Assembly: GCF_006345805.1 (NCBI RefSeq)
Contig: NC_043026.1
Location: 12,193,579-12,257,578 of the forward strand
Direction: 5' to 3'
DNA length: 64,000 nucleotides
Origin: Octopus sinensis
Taxonomy: Eukaryota
Below the pieces are notes generated by a model. That model was given only the letters and a program-made list of their open reading frames with translations. It did not search any database and had not been told where the DNA came from. The position numbers and the translations under genes are program-made. Positions within the stretch are counted from its first letter, which is position 1, and every line of letters begins with the position of its first letter. This document shows positions 1 through 12,200 of this stretch, one piece after another.

Positions 1-56
1 AGAGTTATACATGCAGTGCTTGTTAAACTGTACATAGTTTCTATATTTCAATATAG

Positions 57-1412
57 TTACTGTTCTGTATGAGTAGAAGCGTGTTCACTCAAGTCCCGCT
101 TTTGAGAAAATGATTCACCACAGATATCACAGCGATACGGTTTTCCTCTTGTATGAGTGCGCTTATGTTTAGTTAAGTAAATACGCCCAGAAAAAGATTT
201 ACTGCAGATTTCACAGTGATATGGTTTTTCTCCAGTATGAATACGTTTGTGAGTGACTAAGTTATGTTTTTGAGAGAAGGATTTACCACAGACATCACAG
301 TGATATCGTTTCTCTCCTGTATGAATTCGTTTGTGTTTAGTTAAGTAACTACTTTCTGAGAATGATTTACCACAGGTATTACAGTGATATGGCTTCTCAC
401 CTGTGTGAATGTGTTTGTGAGTAGCTAAAGTATGCCCATAAGAAAACGATTTACCACAGGCATCACAATGATATGGTTTCTCTCCTGTATGAAGATGTTT
501 GTGAATAGTTAAGGAATATCTATGCGAGAATGAATTACCACAGATATCACAGTGATATGGTTTCTCTCCTGTATGAATACGTTGGTGAGTAATTAAGTTA
601 TCTTTTTGAGAGAATGATTTATCACAGATATCACAGTGGTATAACTTCAGCCCTGTATGAATGCGTTTGTGTCTAGTCAAGTGAGCAGCATCTGAGAACA
701 ATTTATCACAGATATCACAGCGATATGGCTTCTCTCCCGTATGAATACGTTTGTGAGTAGTTAAGACACGTCCAAGGGAAAATGATTTACCACAGATGTC
801 GCAGTGATATGGTCTCTCTCCTGTATGAATATGATTATGGCTCATTAGGGTATATCTACGAGAGAATGATTTACCACAGATATCACAGTGATATTGTTTC
901 TCTCCTGTATGAATGTGCTTGTGTTTAGTGAAACGCATTCCATCAGAGAATGATTTATTGCAGATATCACATTGATATGGTTTCTTTACTGTGTGAGTAC
1001 GTTTATGTCTAGTTAAGGTACCATTCTCGGAGAATGATTTACCACAGACGTCGCAGAAATACGGCTTTTCCCCTGTGTGAATGCGTATGTGTTTTGTTAA
1101 ATGAACACTTTGAGAGAATGATTTTCCACAGACATCACAGTGATACGGCCTCTCTCCTGTATGAATACGCTGGTGAGTTATTAGGTTGCCTTTCAGAGAG
1201 AAGGATTTATCACAGATATCACACTGATATGGTTTCTCTCCTGTATGAATACATTTATGATTGGCTAAGCTGCTGTTTCGAGAGAATGATGTGCCACAGA
1301 TATCACAATCGTATGAGGTTTTCCCTTTCTCATTCTTCTCATCATCAGGAAAATCAATCCTTTTGGTCTCTGTCTCACATTTAACCTTGATCTCACTTAA
1401 TTCCTTTTCCAT
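57..1412 (-). CDS. C2H2 zinc-finger protein, 451 aa, 15 tandem fingers after a 33-aa acidic leader, no KRAB/SCAN domain
   Basis: ATG-started intact ORF; repeated CxxC-x12-HxxxH with TGEKPY linkers; candidate splice acceptor (TTTCTCTTTTATTTCAG, minus strand) at 1999-2000 upstream. Confidence 0.95.
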   Translation of the reverse strand: MEKELSEIKVKCETETKRIDFPDDEKNEKGKTSYDCDICGTSFSRNSSLANHKCIHTGEKPYQCDICDKSFSLKGNLITHQRIHTGERPYHCDVCGKSFSQSVHLTKHIRIHTGEKPYFCDVCGKSFSENGTLTRHKRTHTVKKPYQCDICNKSFSDGMRFTKHKHIHTGEKQYHCDICGKSFSRRYTLMSHNHIHTGERPYHCDICGKSFSLGRVLTTHKRIHTGEKPYRCDICDKLFSDAAHLTRHKRIHTGLKLYHCDICDKSFSQKDNLITHQRIHTGEKPYHCDICGNSFSHRYSLTIHKHLHTGEKPYHCDACGKSFSYGHTLATHKHIHTGEKPYHCNTCGKSFSESSYLTKHKRIHTGEKRYHCDVCGKSFSQKHNLVTHKRIHTGEKPYHCEICSKSFSGRIYLTKHKRTHTRGKPYRCDICGESFSQKRDLSEHASTHTEQ

Positions 1413-2214
1413 AATTTTCCTTTTCTTACCACGATATACAAGTTTCCTTCTTTTAAAATTTTATATTTTATTCCTAATAAATATTACAACTATATTTCCA
1501 TCAAGTGTAATCAGAAAATGCTGCAAATTTCTTTGTAAATTCTTCCAAGTTCAATAACCATGTAAAATCATCTTACACATCAATTTCCATAATTCTTCTT
1601 TCCTTTCTACCATATACACCCGTTACTCTTTGTGTTTTTATATTTAATTCCTAATAATTATTACTAATAATAACTATTTCCATGAAATATTATGATATCT
1701 GAAGATGCTGCAAATTTCTTTGTAAATTCTTCCAAGTTTAATAACCATGTAGACTCATCTTACACAGTGGGAAAGTGAAAGTAGAATGCAAGATCAGTGG
1801 GCAAAGAATGAGAGGAGTGAAGTAAACAAAAGTTGGTATGACATAACAGTTGCAGAGAAAGATTTATCTATAGTTCAGCTTTGCTTTATATAAACAGTAT
1901 TGTATCTGTTCTGTGTAATATTTCCATTTAGACTTGAAAAGATGACATCTATTGATGATGTATATTGATATAGATGTTTCTTTGTGGTTTCTGATATTCT
2001 GAAATAAAAGAGAAACAAGAATGTAAAATATAAGAAATATTTACAATGTAGAGACACGTCAGTCAAAATTTTACATTTTTTATTGAAAATTTTAGATGTA
2101 AACACTTTAGTACAATAATTAAACTTAAACCAAAAGTATTTCTTTTTCCTATTCTGAAAAGGTGTGTATATAGCATCACAAAGTAAATACTGTAATGATG
2201 GACCAATAAGTTCA

Positions 2215-2520
2215 ATGATGTTTGAAGAGATTGAAACAGGTGGAAATCTGAAGGTTCAAGGTTGGGTGAATGTGGGAGGGGGTGCAGCAAAACGTCCCAG
2301 CCAAACCCCAGCAACTTCTGCAAAGAAACGTGTAGTCTAGTATTGCCTAATGGTTAGGAAGTACTGGACGATCCTGGTGAACTGCTGTGTTTAATTTGTC
2401 AGGCTAATCACAGTACACATCCAAACTGATGGTGCTGCCCATGGGGAAAAACACCATTCACATCCCACCAACTTGAAAGTATAACCTTCTTCAGTGAAGT
2501 CCTGCTTTAGAGCAGTCCAT
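2215..2520 (-). mobile_element. mariner transposase relic
   Basis: Translates QKLLGFGWDVLLHPLPHSPNLEPSDFHLFQSLQ, matching the mariner WEVLPHPPYSPDLAPSDYHLF motif; degenerate upstream part. Confidence 0.75.
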
Positions 2521-2619
2521 TTAACCTGAGAAAGAAAAATATTGATGATATAATATCTGAAGATACTACAAGCTTTCAAACATATGTGAAATCATCTTAT
2601 ACAATGCAAAATAGGAGAG

Positions 2620-3005
2620 GTTGGTAAGTAGTTTGCTTACCAACCACATGATTCCGGGTTCAGTCCCACTGCGTGGCATCTTGGGCAAGTGTCTTCTGCT
2701 ATAGCCTCGGGCTGACCAAAGCCTTGTGAGTGGATTTGGTAGACGGAAACTGAAAAAAGCCTGTCGTATATATGTGTATATATATGTATGTATGGGTGTG
2801 TGTTTGTGTTTGTCCCCACAACATCGCTTCATAACCGATGCTGGTGTGTTAGCATCCCCGTAACTTAGTGGTCCGGCAAGAGAGACCGATAGAATAAGTA
2901 CTGGGCTTACAAAGAATAAGTCCTGGGGTCGATTTGCTCGACTAAAGTCGGTGCTCCAGCATGGCCACAGTCAAATGACTGAAACAAGTAAAAGAGTAAG
3001 AGTAA
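2620..3005 (+). mobile_element. SINE family A (tRNA-like head, internal (TA)n/(TG)n, AAAGAGT tail)
   Basis: B-box-like GGTTCAGTCC; matches many other copies in the window. Confidence 0.85.
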
Positions 3006-3051
3006 ATAAGCATTAACATTGGACAAAATACTCTGAATGCTCAAGGGTTAA

Positions 3052-3186
3052 AGCAGTGAGCTGGTAGAGTTGTTAACTGGACAAAATGCATAGCGGCACT
3101 TCGTTCGACTGTACGTTCTCAATTCAAATTCCGCCGAGGTTGACTTTGCCTTTCATCATTTTGGGATTGATTGAACTAAGTACTTC
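3052..3186 (+). mobile_element. old SINE family B fragment
   Basis: Diverged copy of the B head and GCCTTTCATC domain. Confidence 0.65.
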
Positions 3187-3187
3187 T

Positions 3188-3742
3188 TATTTCTTTACTA
3201 CCCACAGGGGGCTAAACACAGAGAGGACAGACTAACGGATGAAGTCGATTACATCGACCCCAGTGCGTAGCTGGTACTTAATTTATCGACCCCGAAAGGA
3301 TGAAAGGCAAAGTCGACCTCGGCGGAATTTGAACTCAGACGTAACAGCAGACGAAATACCCATTTCTTTACTACCCACAGGGGGCTAAACACAGAGAGGA
3401 CAAACGTCTGTCGATCACATCGACCCCAGTGCGTAGCTGGTACTTAATTTATCGACCCCGAAAGGATGAAAGGCAAAGTCGACCTCGGCGGAATTTGAAC
3501 TCAGAACGTAACAGCAGACGAAATACCTATTTCTTTACTACCCACAGGGGGCTAAACACAGAGAGGACAAACGTCTGTCGATCACATCGACCCCAGTGCG
3601 TAGCTGGTACTTAATTTATCGACCCCGAGAGGACGAAAGGCAAAGTCGACCTCGGCGGAATTTGAACTCAGAACGTAACAGCAGACGAAATACAGCTACG
3701 CATTTCGCCCGGCGTGCTAACCTTTCTGCCAGCTCGCCGCCT
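3188..3742 (-). mobile_element. SINE family B trimer (one head, three bodies)
   Basis: Head GGCGGCGAGCTGGCAGAAAGGTTAG near 3740; body repeated with junctions near 3360 and 3527. Confidence 0.85.
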
Positions 3743-4220
3743 CTTCTTGTACATGTCTATAGTAGAAAGGATTATTACATGCCCACTGAATGAAAGTGTA
3801 GATTTACAATCATAGATCGTAGTTAAGAGAATGGTGATAAATAAATAAGCCATTGATTTATCGTATTGATTAGATCTATTTAATTATCAATTTCTCGCAA
3901 TCAGTGCGGGATTTAATATCGATCTCATCCTAAACAAACATTTTTTAGTAACTTATGCTCACCTACTTTTACTAAACAACATATCTTACCTTTGGTAGAT
4001 GTGTGTATGTATATATATATATATATATCAGTGTCCGGCGTGGAAATATTTTGAATTAACCAAGTGCCTCCTTTCTTAATACGAAGAGACAATCTCATAC
4101 GCCTTTGTGTCAACCAGCAACTTTAAAAAACCAACTTGGAAACACAAACGGCGAAACGCATTTAGATTCTTTGTATATACGCTGTTTCGTGAACAGATGT
4201 GAATTATTCCCCTCCCCGCA

Positions 4221-4287
4221 AATAATAATAATAATAACAATAACAATAACAACAACAACAATAAATAATAATAATAATAATAATAAT
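4221..4287. repeat. (AAT)n/(AAC)n microsatellite
   Basis: Direct reading. Confidence 0.95.
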
Positions 4288-4538
4288 GTATTTCTTTACT
4301 GCCCACAAGGGGCTAAAAAACACAGAGGGGACAAACAAGGACAGACAAAGGGTTAAAGTCGATTACATCGACCCCAGTTGAGAACTGGTACTTTATTTAT
4401 CGACCCCGAAAGGATGAAAGGCAAATATAATATGAAAAAACAAAAACGCTGTTAAATGTAGTGGTATTTAGTAAATGTTTTATATACGCTTTTTTCTAAT
4501 AGATTTAATACAATGTTGGAAGATATAATACAAATTGG

Positions 4539-4963
4539 GGCAATCTTTCGTCTCTAGTAGACCTTTCCGTCGATTTCCGTAAAAATTTTTTTTTTTTACA
4601 TATGGGCTTGCGGGAACATTTGAAGTAATGAGAGCGAAAGAGACTAAGAGGAAGCGATTTTATGACGAGGGAAGTTCTTTTGAAGTTACCGTGTATGGGA
4701 AGCATTGATGTACATATGTGTGTGTGTGTGTGTTTGATGGGGTGTGGGAGACAGACAGTATGTTGTGTAAGTGAAGTGCTTCTGTTAGTGTGTGTGAAGA
4801 GACAGAGTAATGTGTGAAAGAAAGAGATAACTGAAATTTTTTACTCGGTGTATGTGTATATGTATGTATATTACTTCAAAAGTTCCCGCAAGCCCATATG
4901 TAAAAAAAAAAAAAATTTTTTACGGAAATCGACGGAAAGGTCTACTAGAGACGAAAGATCGCC
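4539..4963. mobile_element. MITE with about 90 bp TIRs starting GGC(A/G)ATCTTTCG
   Basis: Inverted ends; second copy in opposite orientation at 45086-45468. Confidence 0.85.
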
Positions 4964-5146
4964 AACAAATGAAATACCAGGCAGCGGACGTCGGAGATAG
5001 GTAGCCCCGACAAGTTGGAATTTCTCCGTTTTGACGGGGGTTTATCCAGATTCTTTTTTTTTTGTTTTCGCGGTGCCCTTGGAAATGTTCCGGACCAACT
5101 TTTTAAAAATGGTTTCTTTTAATCTCTCCCCATCTCCAGACCAGTT

Positions 5147-5600
5147 TTGATCGATTTTGTGGGCGCTACGCACTTAAAAGCTATAGGAGAAACTTCTTTG
5201 ATGAAAAAAAAAAAAAAAAAAATTCGGATGCAAAAGTTTGTGATTAAAGGGGAGATTTGGCTGTTGTTTCTAGCATATCCCATGACCACCTTCCTCGTTT
5301 CTTTGATCGATTTTATGGGCACTACGCACTTAAAATCCATAGGAGAAACTTCTTTGTTGAAAAAAAAAATCGGATGCAAGGGTGTGTGATTAAAGGGAGA
5401 TTTGGCTGTTGTTTCTAGCATATCCCTTGACCACCTTCCTCGTTCTTTGATCGATTTTGTGGGCGCTACGCACTTAAAAGCTATAGGAGAAGCTTCTTTG
5501 ATGAAAAAAAAAAAAAAAATTCGGATGCAAAAGTTTGTGATTAAAGGTAGATTTGGCTGTTGTTTCTAGCATATCCCATAACCACCTTCCTCATTTCTTT
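5147..5600. repeat. about 150 bp tandem triplication of repeat-derived sequence
   Basis: TTTGATCGATTTT unit starts at about 5147, 5303, 5448. Confidence 0.85.
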
Positions 5601-5740
5601 GTCACCCTGACAAGTATTGATCTCTTTCAATATTTCCTCCTCATCAATAGCAAAAACTTATTCAATACACACTTTTGACCGAATAATGTGAAAGGCTCTA
5701 GGGTTAAGCTACTTTCATAGACAAATGATATCCCATATCA

Positions 5741-5945
<205 letters not shown>

Positions 5946-6008
5946 TCATCAATAGCAAAAACTTATTCAATACAAACTTTTGACAGAATAATGTGAAAGG
6001 CTCTAGTT

Positions 6009-6209
6009 CAGTGGTTTTCAACCAGGGTTCTGCCAGTACAGTCCAGGGGTTCCGCAACAAGTTACAAAACTGCTTAAATCGACAGTAATTTCTAATTCTC
6101 CTGTGCAGATATGTGTGCATAAGACTATTAAATTTTTGCACAGGGGTTCCTCGAGCCAGTGGAATGTTTCCTTGGGGTTCCGCTCCAGCAAAAAGGTTGA
6201 AAAGCACTG
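6009..6209. mobile_element. hAT (Charlie-like) MITE
   Basis: TIR CAGTGGTTTTCAACC / GGTTGAAAAGCACTG; flanks CTCTAGTT / CTCTAGGG resemble an 8 bp Charlie-type target. Confidence 0.8.
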
Positions 6210-6254
6210 CTCTAGGGTGAAGCTACTTTCATAGACAAATGTTATCCCATATTA

Positions 6255-6458
<204 letters not shown>

Positions 6459-6521
6459 TCATCAATAGCAAAAACTTATTCAATACAAACTTTTGACAGA
6501 ATAATGTGAAAGGCTCTAGTT

Positions 6522-6722
6522 CAGTGGTTTTCAACCAGGGTTCTGCCAGTACAGTCCAGGGGTTCCGCAACAAGTTACAAAACTGCTTAAATTGACAGTA
6601 ATTTCTAATTCTCCTGTGCAGATATGTGTGCATAAGACTATTAAATTTTTGCACAGGGGTTCCTCGAGCCAGTGGAATGTTTCCTTGGGGTTCCGCTCCA
6701 GCAAAAAGGTTGAAAAGCACTG
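6522..6722. mobile_element. hAT (Charlie-like) MITE, duplicated copy
   Basis: Near-identical to 6009-6209. Confidence 0.8.
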
Positions 6723-7000
6723 CTCTAGGGTGATGCTACTTTCATAGACAAATGTTATCCCATATTAGTTCATAATGGTAGGGCTTTTATTTTCAGTGTG
6801 GATTCTTTGGTGAACTCCAAGCGTTGATTTATCAGAGAATGATTTTTCACACATTTCACAGTAGAAGGGTTTTTCCCCCGTGTGAACCCTTTTATGTGAC
6901 GTTAAATCACTGATATGGATTTTCAATATTTTCTCCTCATCAATAGCAAAAACTTATTCAATACAAACTTTTGACAGAATAATTGTGAAAGGCTCTAGTT

Positions 7001-7198
7001 CAGTGGTTTTCAACCAGGGTTCCGACAGTACAGTCCAGGGGTTCCGCAAGATTACAAAACTGCTAAAATCGGCAGTAATTTTTAATTCTCCTGTGCAGAT
7101 ATGTGTGCATAAGACTATTAAATTATTGCACAGGGGTTCCTCGAGCCAGTGGAATGTTTCCTTGGGGTTCCGCTCCAGCAAAAAGTTGAAAAGCACTG
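7001..7198. mobile_element. hAT (Charlie-like) MITE, duplicated copy
   Basis: Near-identical to 6009-6209. Confidence 0.8.
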
Positions 7199-7271
7199 CT
7201 CTAGGGTGAAGCTACTTTCATAGACAAATGATATCTCATATTAGTTCATAATGGTAGGGCTTTTATTTTCA

Positions 7272-7448
<177 letters not shown>

Positions 7449-7511
7449 TCATCAATAGCAAAAACTTATTCAATACAAACTTTTGACAGAATAATGTGAA
7501 AGGCTCTAGTT

Positions 7512-7712
7512 CGGTGGTTTTCAACCAGGGTTCTGCCAGTACAGTCCAGGGGTTCCGCAAGAAGTTACAAAACTGCTAAAATCGGCAGTAATTTTTAATT
7601 CTCCTGTGCAGATATGTGTGCATAAGACTATTAAATTTTGGCACAGGGGTTCCTCGAGCCAGTGGAATGTTTCCTTGGGGTTCCGCTCCAGCAAAAAGGT
7701 TGAAAAGCACTG
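7512..7712. mobile_element. hAT (Charlie-like) MITE just 3' of the ZNF stop codon
   Basis: Near-identical to 6009-6209. Confidence 0.8.
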
Positions 7713-7754
7713 CTCTAGGGTGAAGCTACTTTCATAGACAAATGATATCCCATA

Positions 7755-9335
7755 TTATTTCATAATGGTAGGGCTTTTATTTTCAGCGTGGATTCTTTGG
7801 TGACCTACAAGTGTTGATTTATCAGAGAATGATTTTCCACACATTTCACAGTAGAAGGGTTTTTCCCCGGTGTGAACCCTTTTATGTGATCTTAAATCAC
7901 TGTTTGACACGAAGGATTTTCCACAGGTTTCACAACGATACGGTTTTTCTCCAGTATGGACTCGTATATGTTTTGTTAAATCACTGTTCGACACAAAAGA
8001 CTTACCACATATTTCACAGTGGAATGGTTTCTCTCCTGTGTGGATCCGTTGGTGGACTACGAGATAAGAGTTCTGACGAAATGATTTCCCACAGATGTCA
8101 CAGCGGAAAGGTTTCTCTCCAGAGTGGATTCGTTTGTGGGACTTTAAGTGACCATTAGTGATAAACGACTTGGTACATATTTCACAACGGAATCGTTTTT
8201 CCCCAGTATGAGTTCTTCGGTGAACCGAGAGACTGGAATTATCAGAGAATGATTTACCACATATGTCACAATGAAAAGGCTTTTCCCCAGAGTGGACTCT
8301 CTTATGTTTGTTTAAATCACAGTTAGTGACGAAACACTTCCCACACAGACCACAACGAAATCGTTTTTCTCCCGTATGAATTCTCCGATGAACGACAAGA
8401 TTAGAATTATCAGAAAAAGATTTCCCACATATATCACACTTATATGGTTTCTCTCCCGTATGAATTCTTCGGTGATGTATAAAACTAGAATTATCAGAGA
8501 AGGATTTATCACATATTGTACACTCATAGGGTCTTTCACCTGTGTGTACTCTTCTATGTGCTGTAAAATTACTGTTGGTGGCAAAAGATTTTCCGCAAAC
8601 TTCACAGTGAAACAGTTTTTCTCCGGAGTGTATTCGTTGGTGAACCACAAGAGTAGATTTATCAGAGAAAGATTTCCCACAGATTCCACACCCATAAGGC
8701 CTTTCCCCAGTATGGGTCCTTTTATGTGTGGTTAAATTACTGTTGGAGAGAAAAGGTTTCCCACAGACTTCGCAACGGAATAGTTTTTCCCCCGTGTGTA
8801 TCCGTCGGTGACGCAGGAGGCCGGAATTCTCAAGGAAGGATTTTCCACATATTTCACAATGGTAGGGTTTCTCTCCCGTGTGGGTTCGTTTGTGTGCGGT
8901 CAAATTACTTTTACAGACAAAAAATTTTCCACACGTTTCGCAATGAAACAGTTTCTCCCCCGTGTGTATTCTACGGTGACGTACGAGACTAGAATTCTCA
9001 AAGAACGTTTTCTCACATAACTCACACTGATAAGGTTTTTCTCCCGTGTGCCTTCGTATATGTTTGGTTAAATCGCCATCAGAAACAAAACCTTTCCCGC
9101 ACACTTTACATTGATAGAATTTTCCCCTGTTGTGTATTTCTCGGTGTGTCAAAACTTCATCTTCCGAAGAGAAGGTTTTCCAACAAATATCACAGCGGTA
9201 GTCAGCAATGTTTCTATCCAACGATCGTTCTTGAATAAATGTCTCACTACATAACGGTTTCATATCATTGTATGTCCACGTCACTGAATCTAAAGGGTTA
9301 AAAACAGAAGTGTCCAAGTGATTAACGTCTGCCAT
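7755..9335 (-). CDS. C2H2 zinc-finger protein, 526 aa, 17 fingers
   Basis: ORF track starts at a TTG (9341); first ATG is at 9335 (MADVNHLDTS...); regular fingers to [15 protein letters not shown]. Confidence 0.93.
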   Translation of the reverse strand: MADVNHLDTSVFNPLDSVTWTYNDMKPLCSETFIQERSLDRNIADYRCDICWKTFSSEDEVLTHREIHNRGKFYQCKVCGKGFVSDGDLTKHIRRHTGEKPYQCELCEKTFFENSSLVRHRRIHTGEKLFHCETCGKFFVCKSNLTAHKRTHTGEKPYHCEICGKSFLENSGLLRHRRIHTGEKLFRCEVCGKPFLSNSNLTTHKRTHTGERPYGCGICGKSFSDKSTLVVHQRIHSGEKLFHCEVCGKSFATNSNFTAHRRVHTGERPYECTICDKSFSDNSSFIHHRRIHTGEKPYKCDICGKSFSDNSNLVVHRRIHTGEKRFRCGLCGKCFVTNCDLNKHKRVHSGEKPFHCDICGKSFSDNSSLSVHRRTHTGEKRFRCEICTKSFITNGHLKSHKRIHSGEKPFRCDICGKSFRQNSYLVVHQRIHTGEKPFHCEICGKSFVSNSDLTKHIRVHTGEKPYRCETCGKSFVSNSDLRSHKRVHTGEKPFYCEMCGKSFSDKSTLVGHQRIHAENKSPTIMK

Positions 9336-9895
9336 ATCCAATCTCCAGGAATAATTAAAATTTGAGAAATGTCTACGAATCCTCTCTTGTGGTTAGTTTC
9401 TTGACTTGGACATCATGGGAGTCTGCTACATGTGCAGAAAGTATGCAATGAAGATATAGTTTACTCATCACACACACAGTGGTTCTCAACAGGGGTCCAT
9501 GTAAGATTTTTGGGGCTCCACGCAAGAGAATAGTAAATTAGCATCCACCTCAGTATTTTAAAGGCCACTGAAAAATTTTTGCCTTAGATGAATCTAAAGG
9601 GTTAAAAACAGAAGCGTCCAAGTGATTAACGTCTGCCATATCCAATCTCCAGGAATAATTAAAATCTGAGAAATGTCTAAGAATCCTCTCTTGTGGTTAG
9701 TTTCTTGACTTGGACATCATGGGAATCTGCTACATGAGCAGAAATCATGCAATGAAGGATATAGTTTACTCATCACACACACAGTGGTTCTCAACAGGGG
9801 TCCATGTAAGATTTTTGGGGCTCCACGCAACAGAATAGTAAATTTGGATCTACCTCAGTATTTTAAAGGCCACAGAAAAATTTTTGCCTCAGATG
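9285..9895. repeat. 304 bp tandem duplication covering the ZNF start codon, 5' flank and a hAT-like left end (CAGTGGTTCTCAAC at 9477 and 9782)
   Basis: TGAATCTAAAGGG at 9285 and 9589; a few percent divergence. Confidence 0.9.
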
Positions 9896-9940
9896 TATTG
9901 TAAGAAACAGCTGGGCCTTTTTCTTTAATATTTTACATAG

Positions 9941-10494
9941 GGTACTATCTAAGAAGAGTGGTCCCGGTGCGCGCACTCGCGTACTTGCGCATCCGCGCTA
10001 GCTAGTCGTGACTAGTCGATCCTACAACGACTACCTAGCAAAGTAAATTAAAACACAAAATAAATAATTTTTTTTTACACAAAGTAAATAATTATTGGGC
10101 GTAACTTCGGTATAAGTACCGGATACATTTCAAGAAAGTGTTTTTTTTAATATATGGAGGGGTTAGGGTTGGGGTTAGGGGTGGGAAAAAAGGGGGTTCT
10201 CTTATCTTCAGAAATGTAAACAAAGTCACGTGTGTACCTATACCGAAGGATCGCCAATTTTTTTTAAAACAAAGTAAATAAAACACAAAAACATAAAGTA
10301 AGGTTCGACCAGTCACGATTAGCTAGCGCGGATGCGCAAGTACGTGAGTGCGCGCACCGGGACCACTCTTCTTAAATAGTACCCGTAAATAAAACACAAA
10401 AACACAAAGTAAGGATCGACTAGTCACGATTAGCTAGCGCGGATTCGCAAGTACGCGAGTGCGCGCACCGGGACCACTCTTCTTAAATAGTACC
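9941..10494. mobile_element. GGTAC-ended MITE with long CpG-rich TIRs (9941-10383) plus a tandem extra right arm (to 10494)
   Basis: GGTACTATCTAAGAAGAGTGGTCCCGGTGCGCGCAC inverted at 10383 and 10494. Confidence 0.8.
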
Positions 10495-10759
10495 CGCAAA
10501 ACACATTATAACTTCTACGCCAAGACGACGTAAAAGAGATCTCAGGGAAAGAAATATGAATATATGTTTGGATGAAACCGCTTATTTGAGGGTGCGATTG
10601 CTGAGTCGAGAGAAGAATTTGATAAATCAGAGTTGTTTACCATGGATAGTAGAAAAGTACACAAGATGTTGTCATGGTAAATCCAAATATAAACATAATT
10701 TTTTTTTTTCTTTTGATTTGACGATCAAACTGGAAAGTAAAATAGTATTAAGAAAGTTG

Positions 10760-11350
10760 GCGGCGAGTTGGCAGAAACGTTAGCACGCCGGGCGAAATGC
10801 TTAGCGGTATTTCGTCAGCCGTTACGTTGTGAGTTCAAATTCCGCCGAGGTCGACTTTGCCTTTCATCCCTTTCGGGGTCGATAAATTAAGTACCAGTTA
10901 CGCACTGGGGATCGATGTAATCGACTTAATACCTATGTCTGTCCTCTCTGTGTTTAGCCCCTTGTGGGTAGTAAAGAAATAGAAATAGGTATTTCGTCTG
11001 CGTTACGTTGTGAGTTCAGATTCCGCCGAGGTCGACTTTGCCTTTCATCCTTTCGGGGTCGATAAATTAAGTACCAGTTACGCACTGGAGTCGATGTAAT
11101 CGACTTAATCCGTTTGTCTGTCCTTGTTTGTCCCCTCTGTGTTTAGCCCCTTGTGGGTAGTAAAGAAATAGAAATAGGTATTTCGTCTGCGTTACGTTGT
11201 GAGTTCAGATTCCGCCGAGGTCGACTTTGCCTTTCATCCTTTCGGGGTCGATAAATTAAGTACCAGTTACGCACTGAGGTCGATATAATCGACTTAATCC
11301 CCTTGTTTGTCCTCTCTGTGTTTAGCCCCTTGTGGGTAATAAAGAAATAG
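10760..11350 (+). mobile_element. SINE family B trimer with 15 bp TSD
   Basis: TSD GTATTAAGAAAGTTG at 10745-10759 and 11351-11365; bodies start 10807, 10989, 11178. Confidence 0.92.
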
Positions 11351-11661
11351 GTATTAAGAAAGTTGTTCTCTCATTTGTTAGGGATTAAAACCCCCTTTTG
11401 TCCGTAAAAATAGGGAACAAGCAATAAACGATATGGTTTGTGATGAAACGAAATATTCAGTCATGAAAGGAGATGGAACATCGACCCCGAAACGTAGATC
11501 ATCCTATCCTATCTACAAACATAACGTGGGAGTAATTACTACACATGGCATAATTAAATTGACCGAACTAATAGCACATGTACTAAATACACGGTGTTGC
11601 TGGTATTTTCCCGCGCCTGAATGACTCCGGTATGAGGAATTAAAAGTCCCTAATATAATTT

Positions 11662-12200
11662 AATCCCTTCTACTGAAGGCACAAGGCCTTGAAATTTTGG
11701 GGACTAGTCGATTAGATCGACCTCAGTGTTTTACTGGTATTTAATTTATCGACCCCTGAAAGGATTAAAGGCAAAGTCGACCTCGGCGGAATTTGAACTC
11801 AGTACTTAGCGACAGACGAAATACCTATTTCTTTACTGCCCACAAGGGGCTGAACACAGAGGGGACAAACAAGGACAGTCAAACGGATTAAGTCGATTAT
11901 ATCGACCCCAGTGCGTAACTGGTACTTAATTTATCGACCCCAAAAGGATGAAAGGCAAGGTCGACCTCAGTGGAATTTGAACTCAGTACGTAGCGACAGA
12001 CGAAATACCTATTTCTTTACTGCCCACAAGGGGACAAACAAGGACAGTCAAACGGATTAAGTCGATTACATCGACCCCAGTGCGTAACTGGTGCTTAATT
12101 TATCGACCTCGGCGGAATTTGAACTCAGAACGTAGCGACAACCGAAATACTGCTGAGCATTTCGCCCGGCGTGTTAACGTTTCTGCCAGCTCGCCGCCTT
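11662..12200 (-). mobile_element. SINE family B trimer with 13 bp TSD; 3'-most unit has a variant tail
   Basis: TSD CCTAATATAATTT at 11649-11661 and 12201-12213. Confidence 0.88.

Noticed and set aside
10807-11350. Retrozyme (hammerhead) explanation for the SINE-B multimers
   Set aside because: No CUGANGA...GAAA core found on either strand of the repeated body.
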